Assembly: GCA_044223005.1 (NCBI GenBank) | Contig: JBGAML010000001.1 | Span: forward strand, 416,001-480,000 | Source of the DNA: Candidatus Eiseniibacteriota bacterium | Lineage (GTDB): Bacteria; Eisenbacteria; RBG-16-71-46 | Reading direction: 5' to 3' | Length of the DNA: 64,000 bases | In this document: positions 25,017 to 34,586 of the stretch, piece by piece | Position numbering within the stretch: position 1 is the stretch's first letter | Layout of the letters: each line of letters begins with the position of its first letter | The notes under the pieces: generated by a model | Databases searched by the model: none | What the model was told of the DNA's origin: nothing | The model's input: only the letters and a program-made list of their open reading frames with translations | Program-made: the position numbers and the translations under genes

Positions 25017-25865
25017 TCAGGCGTGCGCCGTGCCCTTTCGTGCGCGCTTCACGATCGTGACGACTGCGCCGTGCACGCAGAGCAGGACCGAGAGCGTGAC
25101 CAGGATGCTCGGCGCCGCCGGCATGTCGAACGTCACCGACCCGAGGAGGCCGAGGACGCTCGCCAAGAATCCGAACACCCAGCCGATCGCCAGCGCGACG
25201 CCGGTGCGCCCCGACGCCATGAGTCCGGCGACCGCGGGAATCACGAGGAAGCCGAACACCAGCAGCACGCCCGCGATCTGCACGGACGACGTGACCACGA
25301 ACCCGAACGTGGCGTAGAACAGGAAATCCCAGAGAAACACTCGGCGCCCGCGCCGTTCCGCGCCCTCGGGATCGTGCGTGATCTCGAAGAACGGCCCCCG
25401 CAGGAACCAGTGCACGACGCCGACGACGGTGTAGAGCGCGGCGACCTTCGCCACGTGGTTCGGGTCCACCGTGAACAGCGAACCCACGAGCGTCTCCTTG
25501 AGGTGCTCCGGGCCCGACGGAGACTTCTCGAGGATCAGGAAGACCGCCGCCTGCGCGGTCGCGAACACGATGCCGATGAACGCCTCCAGCGGCACCGTGC
25601 GCGAGCGACCGCGCAGCCAGGCGAAGAGCGCCGCGCCCACGAACGTCATCCCCAGAGCGAGCAGGTACGAGCCCAGCTCGTCGTGCTCCCGGCCGAGCAC
25701 GACGCCCAGCGCCACGCCGAGCGCCGCCATCTGCGCGAGCGCGAGGTCCACGAACAGCACCCCGCGCCGCACGATGTGGAACCCGAGGTAGGCGTGGATC
25801 CCCGCCAGCACGAGCGCCGCCAGCGCGGCGGTCTGGAAGAACGGCAGGCGCAGCGCGTCCATCAT
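25017..25865 (-). CDS. Metal (Zn/Mn/Fe) ABC transporter permease, ZnuB-like
   Basis: GFHIVRRGVLFVDLALAQ, GVLLVFGFLVIPA; multi-TM; start overlaps the SBP stop. Confidence 0.9.
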   Translation of the reverse strand: MMDALRLPFFQTAALAALVLAGIHAYLGFHIVRRGVLFVDLALAQMAALGVALGVVLGREHDELGSYLLALGMTFVGAALFAWLRGRSRTVPLEAFIGIVFATAQAAVFLILEKSPSGPEHLKETLVGSLFTVDPNHVAKVAALYTVVGVVHWFLRGPFFEITHDPEGAERRGRRVFLWDFLFYATFGFVVTSSVQIAGVLLVFGFLVIPAVAGLMASGRTGVALAIGWVFGFLASVLGLLGSVTFDMPAAPSILVTLSVLLCVHGAVVTIVKRARKGTAHA

Positions 25866-26752
25866 TTCGCGGTCCCTCCCGCCAGCAGCGCCAGGACGCG
25901 GTCGAAGTGCGCGAGGTAGCTGCCGGCCGCGTCGGTGTCGCAGGCGGACGACGCGACCACGGCGCGCACGCCGGCGTTGCGGGCCAGGAACTGCGCCGCG
26001 TCGGCCGAGAAGTACGGCTCCTGCAGCAGCACGCCGACCTTGCGCGCCTTCGCGAGCTGCACGAGTTCGGCGAGGTGCCGCGCCGTCGGCGGGATTCCCG
26101 GGACCGGCTCCACCGTCGCGACGACCTCGAGGCCGAACGCGTCGGCGAAGTAGGTCCACGAGCGGTGGTAGGTGAAGATCGTCCGGCTCGGCAGCTGCTC
26201 GGCCGCGGCGCGGCCGCGCGCGTACGCCGCCTGGCATTCCTTGCCGAACGCGTCGGCGCGAGCCCGGAAGTCGGCCGCGTGCGTGGGATCCACGCGTGCG
26301 AACGCCTCGGCGATGTTGTGCGCCGCGACCGCACCGTTGCGCGGGTCGAGCCAGAAGTGCGGGTTGCCGTTCGGGTGCACGTCGCCCATCGACGCGTCCA
26401 CCTTGGCGGGCTTCTCGAGCACCGACACGCCCTGCGAGCAGTCCACCTTGAGGATCTTGTCGTTGCGCGAGCCGTCGACGATGGCGTCGGCCCACTGGTC
26501 GAGCGAGAGCCCGACCTCGAGGAACACCTGCGCGCGCGACACCTTCACCATGTACGAGGGCAGCGCCTCGACGCGGTGCGGGTCGGCGTTGGGCCGGGCG
26601 ATCGAGAAGACCTCGACCTGGTCGCCGCCGATGGAGTTGGCGATCGAGGCGAGGTCGGTGGTCGAGGCGGCGACGCGGATCTTCGCGCTCGCGGCGCCCG
26701 CCGGGATCATTGCCGCAGCGGCGAGCGCCACGGCGAACAGGATTCGCTTCAC
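25862..26752 (-). CDS. Metal ABC transporter substrate-binding protein (ZnuA/TroA cluster)
   Basis: Signal peptide; DPH, GDVHPNGNPHFWLDP, TYHRSWTYF, EPVPGIPPT. Confidence 0.93.
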   Translation of the reverse strand: MKRILFAVALAAAAMIPAGAASAKIRVAASTTDLASIANSIGGDQVEVFSIARPNADPHRVEALPSYMVKVSRAQVFLEVGLSLDQWADAIVDGSRNDKILKVDCSQGVSVLEKPAKVDASMGDVHPNGNPHFWLDPRNGAVAAHNIAEAFARVDPTHAADFRARADAFGKECQAAYARGRAAAEQLPSRTIFTYHRSWTYFADAFGLEVVATVEPVPGIPPTARHLAELVQLAKARKVGVLLQEPYFSADAAQFLARNAGVRAVVASSACDTDAAGSYLAHFDRVLALLAGGTAK

Positions 26753-26762
26753 GGACGTCCTC

Positions 26763-27905
26763 CTAGAACTGGTGGGCCTTGTGCGGTCCCATGGACCACA
26801 GGACCCGGAAGGTGACGGTGTCGATGGCGTCGGGCGACGGCGCGCCCGCGGGCGCCGCGGGCGTGAAGCGCTCCCAGCCGATCCGGAAGGACGTGGTCTC
26901 TTCCATCAGCGCGAGCCCGGCGAACGCTCCGAACGCGGTGGCCGTGGCGTTCCCCGCCGCGGGATCCTGGAAGCTCTCGAACGAGAGGCCCGCGTCGTAG
27001 CGCGGGCTGAAGTTCCAGTCCACGTAGGCGTAGCCGCCGTTGGGGCGGAAGTGGGTCTTCGTGTAGGCCGCCGTCGTGGAATCCCAGCCGGCCTCCTCGC
27101 GGTCGAGACCGAGGTACTCCGCCTGCACGAGCACGTAGGCGTTCGCGCCAGTCCAGTACTTGAGCTTCGCGTCGCCGCCGAACACGGCCGTTCGCGTCGC
27201 CGCGGCCACGTCGTTGGTGCCCTGCGTGTAGGACGTCCCCAGCTCGAGCCCGGAGCGATCACCGATCGGGATGAAAGCGGACAGCCGCCCGAGTCCGGCA
27301 GGTCGTGGCTCCAGCGCGCGGTCGTCGCCGCCCGTCTCGAGCGGGTCGTTCGTCGCACCCGAGGGCTCCCGGGGGACGCGGAACGAGTCCCCCTGCAGCC
27401 AATCCGCCGACGCCGTGAGCGCCACGTCGTGCGGAAGCGCGAGCTGTTCGGAAACCTGCACGCCGGTCTCGTTGAACGCTTCGTCCCCCGGCAGGTATGC
27501 CGCGAGCACGTGGAACCGCTCGGCGAACGGGTACGCGTGCGGGTGCTGGGCGTTCAGCTTGCCGAACCCGACGCGATACTTGCCGCCCTTGATGGCGAGG
27601 CCGCCCGGCAGGCCCCGCAGCACGTTGAAGTACGCCTCTTCCACGTCGACGCCGCCGTCCGCGAACGACATGACCGCGGTGCCGCGGGCGTACGGATTGA
27701 GGTACGAATCGAACATCACCTCGGTCTCGCCGACGTCGAGCGTCGGCCGCTTCGCGGCCGGGTCGGTGAGGTCGTTCGTCCAGCGCACGATCGGCTGGCC
27801 GATGAGTGAGATGTCGGGATTGACCACGCCCGCGGTCGCGGGCGGAACGAACAAGGCCGTGGCGGCAGCAACCGCGACGGCGAGGCACACGAATGCCCCA
27901 CGCAT
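26763..27905 (-). CDS. Outer-membrane metal-uptake beta-barrel (porin/receptor-like)
   Basis: Signal peptide; NPDISLIG, VEEAY, GKYRVGFGKLNAQHPH; C-terminal GPHKAHQF. Confidence 0.82.
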   Translation of the reverse strand: MRGAFVCLAVAVAAATALFVPPATAGVVNPDISLIGQPIVRWTNDLTDPAAKRPTLDVGETEVMFDSYLNPYARGTAVMSFADGGVDVEEAYFNVLRGLPGGLAIKGGKYRVGFGKLNAQHPHAYPFAERFHVLAAYLPGDEAFNETGVQVSEQLALPHDVALTASADWLQGDSFRVPREPSGATNDPLETGGDDRALEPRPAGLGRLSAFIPIGDRSGLELGTSYTQGTNDVAAATRTAVFGGDAKLKYWTGANAYVLVQAEYLGLDREEAGWDSTTAAYTKTHFRPNGGYAYVDWNFSPRYDAGLSFESFQDPAAGNATATAFGAFAGLALMEETTSFRIGWERFTPAAPAGAPSPDAIDTVTFRVLWSMGPHKAHQF

Positions 27906-28009
27906 GGAATGTCCTCCGGAACGGGAAACGGAGCGCGGCGCGCGGCGGACGCCGCGGCGCGAACGATCGAGCGGATGAAGGGAGCGCGGGCGCGGAGGGC
28001 CCGCGAGGC

Positions 28010-28321
28010 TCAGATCGCCGGAGGGGCGCGAGGTGCTGCGGCGCGCCACGCCGTGGCGAGCACGGGTTCGGTCGCAGCGCCGGGCACCGAAACCCAGGCG
28101 TGGACGTGCGGCGTGGGCGCGTGCGTCTCGGCGGCGAGCACGCTCGCGGCGTGCAGGCCGGCGCACGCGACGCAGGCGTGCGGCGCGTGCTCGGAACCGC
28201 AGGCGGGATCCTGCAGGTGGTGCAGGCCGTGGAACACCGCGCCCAGCAGCAGGACCGCCAGCAGCAGCGAGCCGATGCGGGAACGGAAGGCCTGTCCGAG
28301 GTCGAAACGCGCCGGAATCAT
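28010..28321 (-). CDS. DUF2946-like leader protein (TM, His-rich, CxxC, C-terminal RAPP)
   Basis: TM segment, HGLHH, HAPHACVAC and a terminal PRAPPAI, directly upstream of a metal-uptake operon. Confidence 0.8.
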   Translation of the reverse strand: MIPARFDLGQAFRSRIGSLLLAVLLLGAVFHGLHHLQDPACGSEHAPHACVACAGLHAASVLAAETHAPTPHVHAWVSVPGAATEPVLATAWRAAAPRAPPAI

Positions 28322-29904
28322 ACGGGCGCGGAGTCTGTCACGGCCTCCGGGCTATTGACAACGACTTCCTGCTGTACGCCGTTGGTGCACGGCCAGCAGA
28401 TCCGGAACTCCGAGCCCCGGCCGGGCGCGCTCGTGACACCGATCTGACCTCCCGCCTGCCGCACGGCGCTGTAGACGATCGCGAGCCCGAGCCCCGTGCC
28501 CTGGTCGCCGGGCTTGGTGGTGAAGAACGGTTCGAAGATGCGCGCCCGCGTCGCCTCGTCCATGCCGCTGCCGTCGTCGGCCACCGTCAGCGCGACGTGG
28601 GCATCGACGGCCGACAGGGCGCAGCTGGGGCACGTGCCCCCGGGGGCGATCCGTGCGAGCGCGACGCGGATCGTGCCGCCGTCGTTGCACGCGTCGCGAG
28701 CGTTGACGACGAGGTTCAGGATCACCTGCTCGAACATGGCCCGGTCCGCCACGATCTCCGCGGGCCCCGGGGCCGCCGGCAGTTCGAGCGTGACCGACGC
28801 CCCCACGAGCCGATGCAGCATCGGCGCCATCTCGGCAAGCACGCTCGCCGGGTCGATCCGGACCGGATCCGCGCCGCGCCCGCGCGTGAACGCCAGTAGT
28901 TGCCGGGTCATCGCGGCGCCCCGTGCGCCGGCGCAGTGGATCGCGACCAGTGCCTCGCGCTCCGCCGGTCCCTGTGCGGGCCGCGCGTCGAGCAGTTCGG
29001 CCTGTCCCGTGATCGCCGTGAGCACGTTGTTGAAGTCGTGTGCGACGCCCGCGGCCATGCGGCCCAGCGCCTCCATCTTCTGCGTCTCGGCGAGGCGGCG
29101 CTCGAGCCGAGTACGCATCTCCATCTCACGCCGGAGCGATTCGTTCGCCTCGCGCAGGCCTTCGCCCGCCACTTCCAACTCGGCGCGCGCCCGCCGCTGG
29201 GTCACGCCGAGCATGTACCCGGTCGCGCCCAGCACCAGCACGAGCGCCGGAAGGATGAAACCGCCGTGGCGCGGCACGAGGCCGTGGTCCGCCATCACCC
29301 CCGCCGCGTTGGCGACCACGACCACCAGGAGCGCGGCGACCGTGCCCGCCGCGAGGACGGGTGCCCGCGCGCGTGCGAGCCGCACCACGTACGGGGCGCC
29401 GGCGAACAGCGCGGCGACGTTGTAGGCGTGAAACGCCGTGGTCCACGCGCCGGGCCGGGCGGTGAAGCCCCGGTCGACCGTCCACGCACCCGGCTCGGGC
29501 GTCTCCCAGGCGAGACGCAGGCTCGCGGGCGAGAGCACGTCGGCGACGCCGAGCACGAGTCCGCCCGCGAGGAGCCCGGCCTGAACGGGAATCGCCGGCG
29601 CCTCGTTGCGCGCAGCGGCCATGCACCAGACGAACGCCGCCGAGCACCCGAGCGCGCCCAGTACCTGGACGCGCAGCGCCACGGCGGCATGGGCGGCGGC
29701 GGCGGCACCGATGTATCCCGCGAGGCCGAAGAAGTAGACGGCCGCGGCGACCGACATGGCGACGAACGGTGTGAGGCCCCGACGGCCGGGGTCCCCTGCG
29801 CGCATGGCGAGTACGACGAGCAGCGCGCCGACGGCGGCACCGCCGGCGATCGATTCCAGTGGCGAGAGTCTCGCGAAATCCAAGGACGAACCCTCTGCGG
29901 CCAC
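28318..29904 (-). CDS. Membrane sensor histidine kinase, no receiver domain (start uncertain)
   Basis: About 7 TM; QKMEALGRMAAGVAHDFNN H-box; NLVVNARDA, DDGSGM, FEPFFTTK, GTGLGL. Confidence 0.9.
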   Translation of the reverse strand: MAAEGSSLDFARLSPLESIAGGAAVGALLVVLAMRAGDPGRRGLTPFVAMSVAAAVYFFGLAGYIGAAAAAHAAVALRVQVLGALGCSAAFVWCMAAARNEAPAIPVQAGLLAGGLVLGVADVLSPASLRLAWETPEPGAWTVDRGFTARPGAWTTAFHAYNVAALFAGAPYVVRLARARAPVLAAGTVAALLVVVVANAAGVMADHGLVPRHGGFILPALVLVLGATGYMLGVTQRRARAELEVAGEGLREANESLRREMEMRTRLERRLAETQKMEALGRMAAGVAHDFNNVLTAITGQAELLDARPAQGPAEREALVAIHCAGARGAAMTRQLLAFTRGRGADPVRIDPASVLAEMAPMLHRLVGASVTLELPAAPGPAEIVADRAMFEQVILNLVVNARDACNDGGTIRVALARIAPGGTCPSCALSAVDAHVALTVADDGSGMDEATRARIFEPFFTTKPGDQGTGLGLAIVYSAVRQAGGQIGVTSAPGRGSEFRICWPCTNGVQQEVVVNSPEAVTDSAPV

Positions 29905-30036
29905 GTTGCCGCATCGGTCGAGGGTGCGCTTCCATGGAAACTCCGCGCCCGCGCAGGGGGACCGGTGCGGGGAGATCTGGCGCGGCTTCCTTCCCGGTCG
30001 AGAAAACCCTAGCACTCCTCGTGAAGAGGTTTCCCC

Positions 30037-30768
30037 TCAGCGCCCCTCGGAGGGGGACCGTGCGGGTGTCGGCAGGCCGCCGGGTTCGCGGCCGAGTTCG
30101 CGCCCGAGGTCGCGCGCGAACTGTTCGAGCACCGCGGCGCGACGGAGCGCCTCCTCGCGGCCCGCGGCCGTGCGCATGGTCGCCGGCAGGCGCAGGAGCT
30201 TGGTGAAGAAGTGGTCGAGCGAGAATCGCTCGTCGTCGAGTTCGCGGGACTCCGCCCACGGGTCCGCGGCGTCGAACCACGCGCCTCCCATGCGGATACC
30301 CGTGCTCACGCAGCGCAGCAGCCCGATCGCACCGAGCGCTTCGAGCCGATCGGCGTCCTGCAGCGCCTCGCCCAGCGGGCCGTCGGGAATCGCGCCGCGG
30401 CTGAAGCTGTGATCGCGGATCGCGCGCGCCACGCGTTCCACCGCCGCGGCGTTCCAGCCGGCGCGCGCGAGCCGCTCGCGCGCGAGATCCGCCGAGCGTT
30501 CGCTCGCGAGAGCGCGTTCGTTCGAGTTCTTGGGGACGTCCACCGCGTCGTGCATCAGCGCCGCGGCGATCGCCTCGCGCGCGTCCACCGCGTCGCCGCC
30601 CAGTCGCAGCGTCCAGAGCGCGACACGCAGCGCGTGCTCCGTGTCGTGCGCGGCATCGCGCGCTTCCGTCCCGTCGCGGGCGCGGGCCTCGGCGAGCAGC
30701 GCGGCGAGGAGCGGATCGGCGGCGATGCGCGCCGCAAGCGCCACGGCGTCGTCGAGGTGCGGGATCAT
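30037..30768 (-). CDS. HD-domain phosphohydrolase (YedJ-like)
   Basis: AHDTEHALRV, ALMHD, HSFSRG, QDADRLEALGAIG, DHFFTKLL. Confidence 0.9.
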   Translation of the reverse strand: MIPHLDDAVALAARIAADPLLAALLAEARARDGTEARDAAHDTEHALRVALWTLRLGGDAVDAREAIAAALMHDAVDVPKNSNERALASERSADLARERLARAGWNAAAVERVARAIRDHSFSRGAIPDGPLGEALQDADRLEALGAIGLLRCVSTGIRMGGAWFDAADPWAESRELDDERFSLDHFFTKLLRLPATMRTAAGREEALRRAAVLEQFARDLGRELGREPGGLPTPARSPSEGR

Positions 30769-30805
30769 GCGCGCACTCTACCGCGGCGGCGCCGGCGCGC
30801 GGCCG

Positions 30806-30844
30806 CAAAAGACGGCGCGCCGCGGGATCGCTCCCGCGGCGCGC
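30806..30844 (-). terminator. Intrinsic terminator of efp
   Basis: 13-bp stem with GCGA loop (minus strand), followed by CGTCTTTTG. Confidence 0.75.
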
Positions 30845-30859
30845 GCGATCCGACGGGGC

Positions 30860-31417
30860 TCAGACGCGCCCGATGACTTCGCCCGTCCGCGTGTCCACGC
30901 GAACCTTGTTCCCGGGCTCGATGTGCGCGGGCACCTTCACCTCGAGACCGGTTTCGAGGATCGCGGGCTTCTTGGTGTTCTGCACCGCAGCGCCCTTGAT
31001 GTTCGGCGTCGTCTCCTTGACCTCGAGCTCGACGAACATCGGCGGCTCGATGCCGACGACCTTCCCCTGCCAGTAGCTGGCCGTGATCATCATGCCTTCG
31101 GTCAGGTAGCCCGCCGAATCGCCGAGCACGTCCTTCGAGAGTTCGATCATCTCGTAGGAGTCCGTGTTCATGAAGTGGAAGTCGTCGCCCGCCTTGTAGC
31201 TGAACTGCAGGTTCTGCTCGTCCAGGGAGGCTTTCTCGACCTTGTCTTCCGAGCTGAACCGGACTTCCTGGTTGCTGCCGTTCTCGATGTTGACGAGCTT
31301 CGCCTGCACGAAGCCGCGCAGGTTGCCGGGGGTGCGGTGCACCATCTGCGCGACGCGGTGCGGTTTTCCGTTGTAGAGGATCAGGTAACCGACCCGGATT
31401 TCGGTGGCTGCGATCAC
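30860..31417 (-). CDS. efp: Translation elongation factor P (TPGNLR loop type)
   Basis: HRTPGNLRGFVQAK, FHFMNTDSYE, KPAILETG, VRVDTRTG. Confidence 0.95.
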   Translation of the reverse strand: MIAATEIRVGYLILYNGKPHRVAQMVHRTPGNLRGFVQAKLVNIENGSNQEVRFSSEDKVEKASLDEQNLQFSYKAGDDFHFMNTDSYEMIELSKDVLGDSAGYLTEGMMITASYWQGKVVGIEPPMFVELEVKETTPNIKGAAVQNTKKPAILETGLEVKVPAHIEPGNKVRVDTRTGEVIGRV

Positions 31418-31619
31418 GGACTGCTCCTTCGCGTGGTTCGAAGTGACGACCGGGGGAAGCGGAGCCCCTCGGAGGCCCTCCCCACTGCCGATGCGGCCGA
31501 CGATTGTACCCGATGCCCCGGAACGCTCCCAAATTCCCCGCGCGGGCGTGGCGCCGGCCGGGCCGTCCCGCTAAGCTGCCGTCCGCCAACGACCTCCCTC
31601 CTTCACCCGGAACACCGTC

Positions 31620-32840
31620 ATGTCCCTGCTGCCCGACGCCGACACGCTCGCCCGCTTCACGCTCGCCCCCGGCTTCGCCACCGCGTCCACCGCGTGTGGC
31701 CTCAAGAAGAGCGGCGCGCCCGATCTCGCGCTGGTCTGGAGCGAGCAGCCGTGCACGGCCGCGGGCGTGTTCACCACCAATCGCGTGCAGGCCGCGCCGG
31801 TGCAGGTGGACCGCGACGCGCTGGCGGCCGCGGCCGGGCGCATCCGCGGCGTGCTCGCGAATGCCGGCTGCGCGAACGCGGTCACCGGCGAGCGCGGGCT
31901 CGCCGACGCGAAGCGCATGCAGGCGATCGGCGCGGCGGCGATCGGCGCCGCGGACGACGAAGTGCTCGTGCTGTCGACCGGCGTGATCGGCGTGTTCCTC
32001 GACATGGACAAGCTCGCGCGCGGCGTCGAGTCCCTGATGGGCCCCGCGGCCGCGGGCGGCGCGGGCGACGCGGCGCGCGCCATCACCACCACCGACACGG
32101 GCCCCAAGGTCGCGCACGCGACCGCGCGGCTCGCCGGCGGCGAGGTCACGGTGGCCGGGTTCGCCAAGGGCGCCGGCATGATCCACCCGAACATGGCGAC
32201 CATGCTCGCGATCGTCACCACCGACGCCGCGATCGCCCCCGCGGCGCTGGACCGCGCGCTGCGCGGTGCGGTCGCGCGGAGCTTCAACCGCATCAGCGTC
32301 GACGGCGACATGAGCACCAACGACACGGTGCTCGTGCTGGCCTCCGGGCGCGGGCCGGCGGTGACGGACGCCGACGCCGCGGCGTTCCAGGCCGCGCTCG
32401 ACGCCGTCTGCGGCACGCTCGCGCGCATGATCGCGCGCGACGGCGAGGGCGCGACGCGCCTCGTGGAGCTGCGCGTGACCGGGGCGTCGACGGAACGCCA
32501 GGCGCACCGCGTGGGCGACGCCATCGCCTGCTCGCCGCTGGTCAAGACCGCGATCCACGGCAACGATCCCAACTGGGGCCGCGTGCTCGCGGCCGCCGGC
32601 TACAGCGGCGAGGCGATCGAGCCCGCGCGCGTGCGGCTGTGGTTCGGCGATCGCGACGACGTGCAGCTGCTCGAACGCGGCCTGCCGTGCGCGTTCGATG
32701 CCGCGCAGGCGTCGGCCCTGCTGCGCCGCGATCCCGCGGTCGTCCACCTCGATCTCGGGCTCGGGGACGCGTCCGCGATCGTGTGGACGTGCGACTTCAG
32801 CGCGGAGTACGTCCGCATCAACGCCGACTACACGACGTAG
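31620..32840 (+). CDS. argJ: Bifunctional ornithine acetyltransferase/N-acetylglutamate synthase
   Basis: AGVFTTN, NAGCANA, STGVIG, KGAGMIHPNMATML, DGDMSTND, DGEGAT, DPNWGR, YVRINADYTT. Confidence 0.97.
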   Translation: MSLLPDADTLARFTLAPGFATASTACGLKKSGAPDLALVWSEQPCTAAGVFTTNRVQAAPVQVDRDALAAAAGRIRGVLANAGCANAVTGERGLADAKRMQAIGAAAIGAADDEVLVLSTGVIGVFLDMDKLARGVESLMGPAAAGGAGDAARAITTTDTGPKVAHATARLAGGEVTVAGFAKGAGMIHPNMATMLAIVTTDAAIAPAALDRALRGAVARSFNRISVDGDMSTNDTVLVLASGRGPAVTDADAAAFQAALDAVCGTLARMIARDGEGATRLVELRVTGASTERQAHRVGDAIACSPLVKTAIHGNDPNWGRVLAAAGYSGEAIEPARVRLWFGDRDDVQLLERGLPCAFDAAQASALLRRDPAVVHLDLGLGDASAIVWTCDFSAEYVRINADYTT

Positions 32841-32848
32841 CGCGACCG

Positions 32849-34462
32849 TCAGTCGTCGCGGCGCACCAGCAGGAGCGTGACGTCGTCGCCGCGGTGCGCG
32901 TCGCCGACGAACGCGTCGACCGTCTTCACGATCTGGTCCGCGGCGGCGTCCACGTCGGGGGACGCCGCGGCGCGCAGCGTCTCGTGCACGCGCTCCATGT
33001 CGAAGAACTCGTCGCCGCGCTGCGCCTCCGGAATGCCATCGCTGAAGAGCGCGAGCATCTCGCCGGGAGCGATCGTTGCCTCGCCCTCCTGCCACGGGAA
33101 GTCGGGCAGCATGCCGACCGGGATCCCGGTCGCCTCGAGCGCGCGCACGCCGCCCGCGCCCACGATGCAGCCCTCGGGGTGCCCGGCGTTCACGTAGCGC
33201 ACGGCGCCGGTCGCCGGATCGAGCCACGCGACGAACACGGTCACGAAGCTGCGCCCGTCGGAACTGCGGTGCATGACGCGGTTCAGGCCCCGCACCAGCG
33301 CGAGCGGGCCGTCGACCGCGTCGTACAGCACGCGCGCCGACGAGAGGATCGACGACATGAGGAGCGCGGCGCCCATGCCCTTGCCCGAGACGTCGCCCAC
33401 GAGCACGACGAGCGTGCCGTCGTCGCGCCGGTGGAAGTCGTAGAGGTCGCCGCCGACCTCGTGACACGTCTCGATGCGCGCGTGGAAGTGCCAGCCCGCG
33501 ACGTCGCGCGGCGGCCCCGGCAACAGCACCTGCTGGATGCGCGTCGCGGTCGCGGCCTCCTGCAGCAGGCGCTGGCGCACCTCCTCGGATTCCAGGAGCC
33601 GCGCGTTGGTGATCTTCATCGCGGCCTTGTTCCCAAGCAGCGTGAGCAGCTCGAGCTCGGACTGGCCGTAGATCGTGGCGGGCGTGATCGAATCCACGTA
33701 GAGGATCCCGAGCACCTGCTCGTTGTCCCAGAGCGGCACGGCCATCGCGGAGTGGATCGCCTGCGCGACGATGCTCTCCTGCGCCTTGAAGCGCGGGTCG
33801 CTGGTCGCGTCGGCAGCGATGACGGCCTTGTTCTCCTCCAGCACCGTCCGGACCACGCTGCTCGAAAGCGCGAGCGGCTCGCGGAACGTGGCGCCGCGCG
33901 CGCGCGCGGCCGCCTGCTCGAGCTCCCCGCCTTCCTGGCGGCGCAGCAGCATGACGAGCCGGTTGCTCGGGATCGCGCGCTCGACGAACGCGAGCAGCGT
34001 TTCGCAGGTCTCCGGCAGCGGTCGCGGCCGCACGAGCAGCTGGTCCGCCTCCAGGAGCAGCCGGACGATCGGCGTCGCGCCGCCGGTGCCGCTCGAGGTG
34101 CGCAGGAGCAGGTCCGGCACGCGGAGCTCGAGCGACGAGCCGATCGACGGCACCTCGCCGAACGTCGTCTCCGCGAGCGCGGAGACGCGCAGCGCAACTT
34201 GCCCCAGCTCGAGCCGGTCTCCCGGCGCGAGGGGTACCGCGGTGGTGACCGCGACCCCGTTGAGCCGAGTTCCGTTGCGGCTGCCGAGGTCGCGCACGGT
34301 CCAGCCGTTCCCCGCGCGCACGAACTCGGCGTGCTCCTTGGAGACGGTGCCGTCGGGCACGGCGATCGGGTTGGCCGACGAGCGGCCGGCGCGCGCGGGG
34401 GACTCGTCCAGCGTCCACACGCGCTCGCCGCCCATGAGGTTGGCGGTCAGGCGCAGGTTCAT
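32849..34462 (-). CDS. FHA-GAF-PP2C (SpoIIE/RsbU-like) phosphatase
   Basis: FHA motifs GRS, VSKEHA, DLGSRNGT; GAF SAMAVPL, LYVD; PP2C VGGDLYD, GDVSGKG, YVNAGH, FSDGI, DDVTL. Confidence 0.93.
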   Translation of the reverse strand: MNLRLTANLMGGERVWTLDESPARAGRSSANPIAVPDGTVSKEHAEFVRAGNGWTVRDLGSRNGTRLNGVAVTTAVPLAPGDRLELGQVALRVSALAETTFGEVPSIGSSLELRVPDLLLRTSSGTGGATPIVRLLLEADQLLVRPRPLPETCETLLAFVERAIPSNRLVMLLRRQEGGELEQAAARARGATFREPLALSSSVVRTVLEENKAVIAADATSDPRFKAQESIVAQAIHSAMAVPLWDNEQVLGILYVDSITPATIYGQSELELLTLLGNKAAMKITNARLLESEEVRQRLLQEAATATRIQQVLLPGPPRDVAGWHFHARIETCHEVGGDLYDFHRRDDGTLVVLVGDVSGKGMGAALLMSSILSSARVLYDAVDGPLALVRGLNRVMHRSSDGRSFVTVFVAWLDPATGAVRYVNAGHPEGCIVGAGGVRALEATGIPVGMLPDFPWQEGEATIAPGEMLALFSDGIPEAQRGDEFFDMERVHETLRAAASPDVDAAADQIVKTVDAFVGDAHRGDDVTLLLVRRDD

Positions 34463-34586
34463 GCGGCTCTCCGGGTGGGCGGCGCGAATGCGCCGTCCGC
34501 ACCACGTTACCACTCCGCGCCCCGGCACCGGAGCCGACGACGGCGCCCCGGCTTGGGGGCCGAGGCGCCGTCGCCGCGCAGGACGC

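Noticed and set aside
28010..31417. Functional link between efp and the nearby RAPP leader
   Set aside because: Separated by two genes and a terminator; proximity alone is not evidence.
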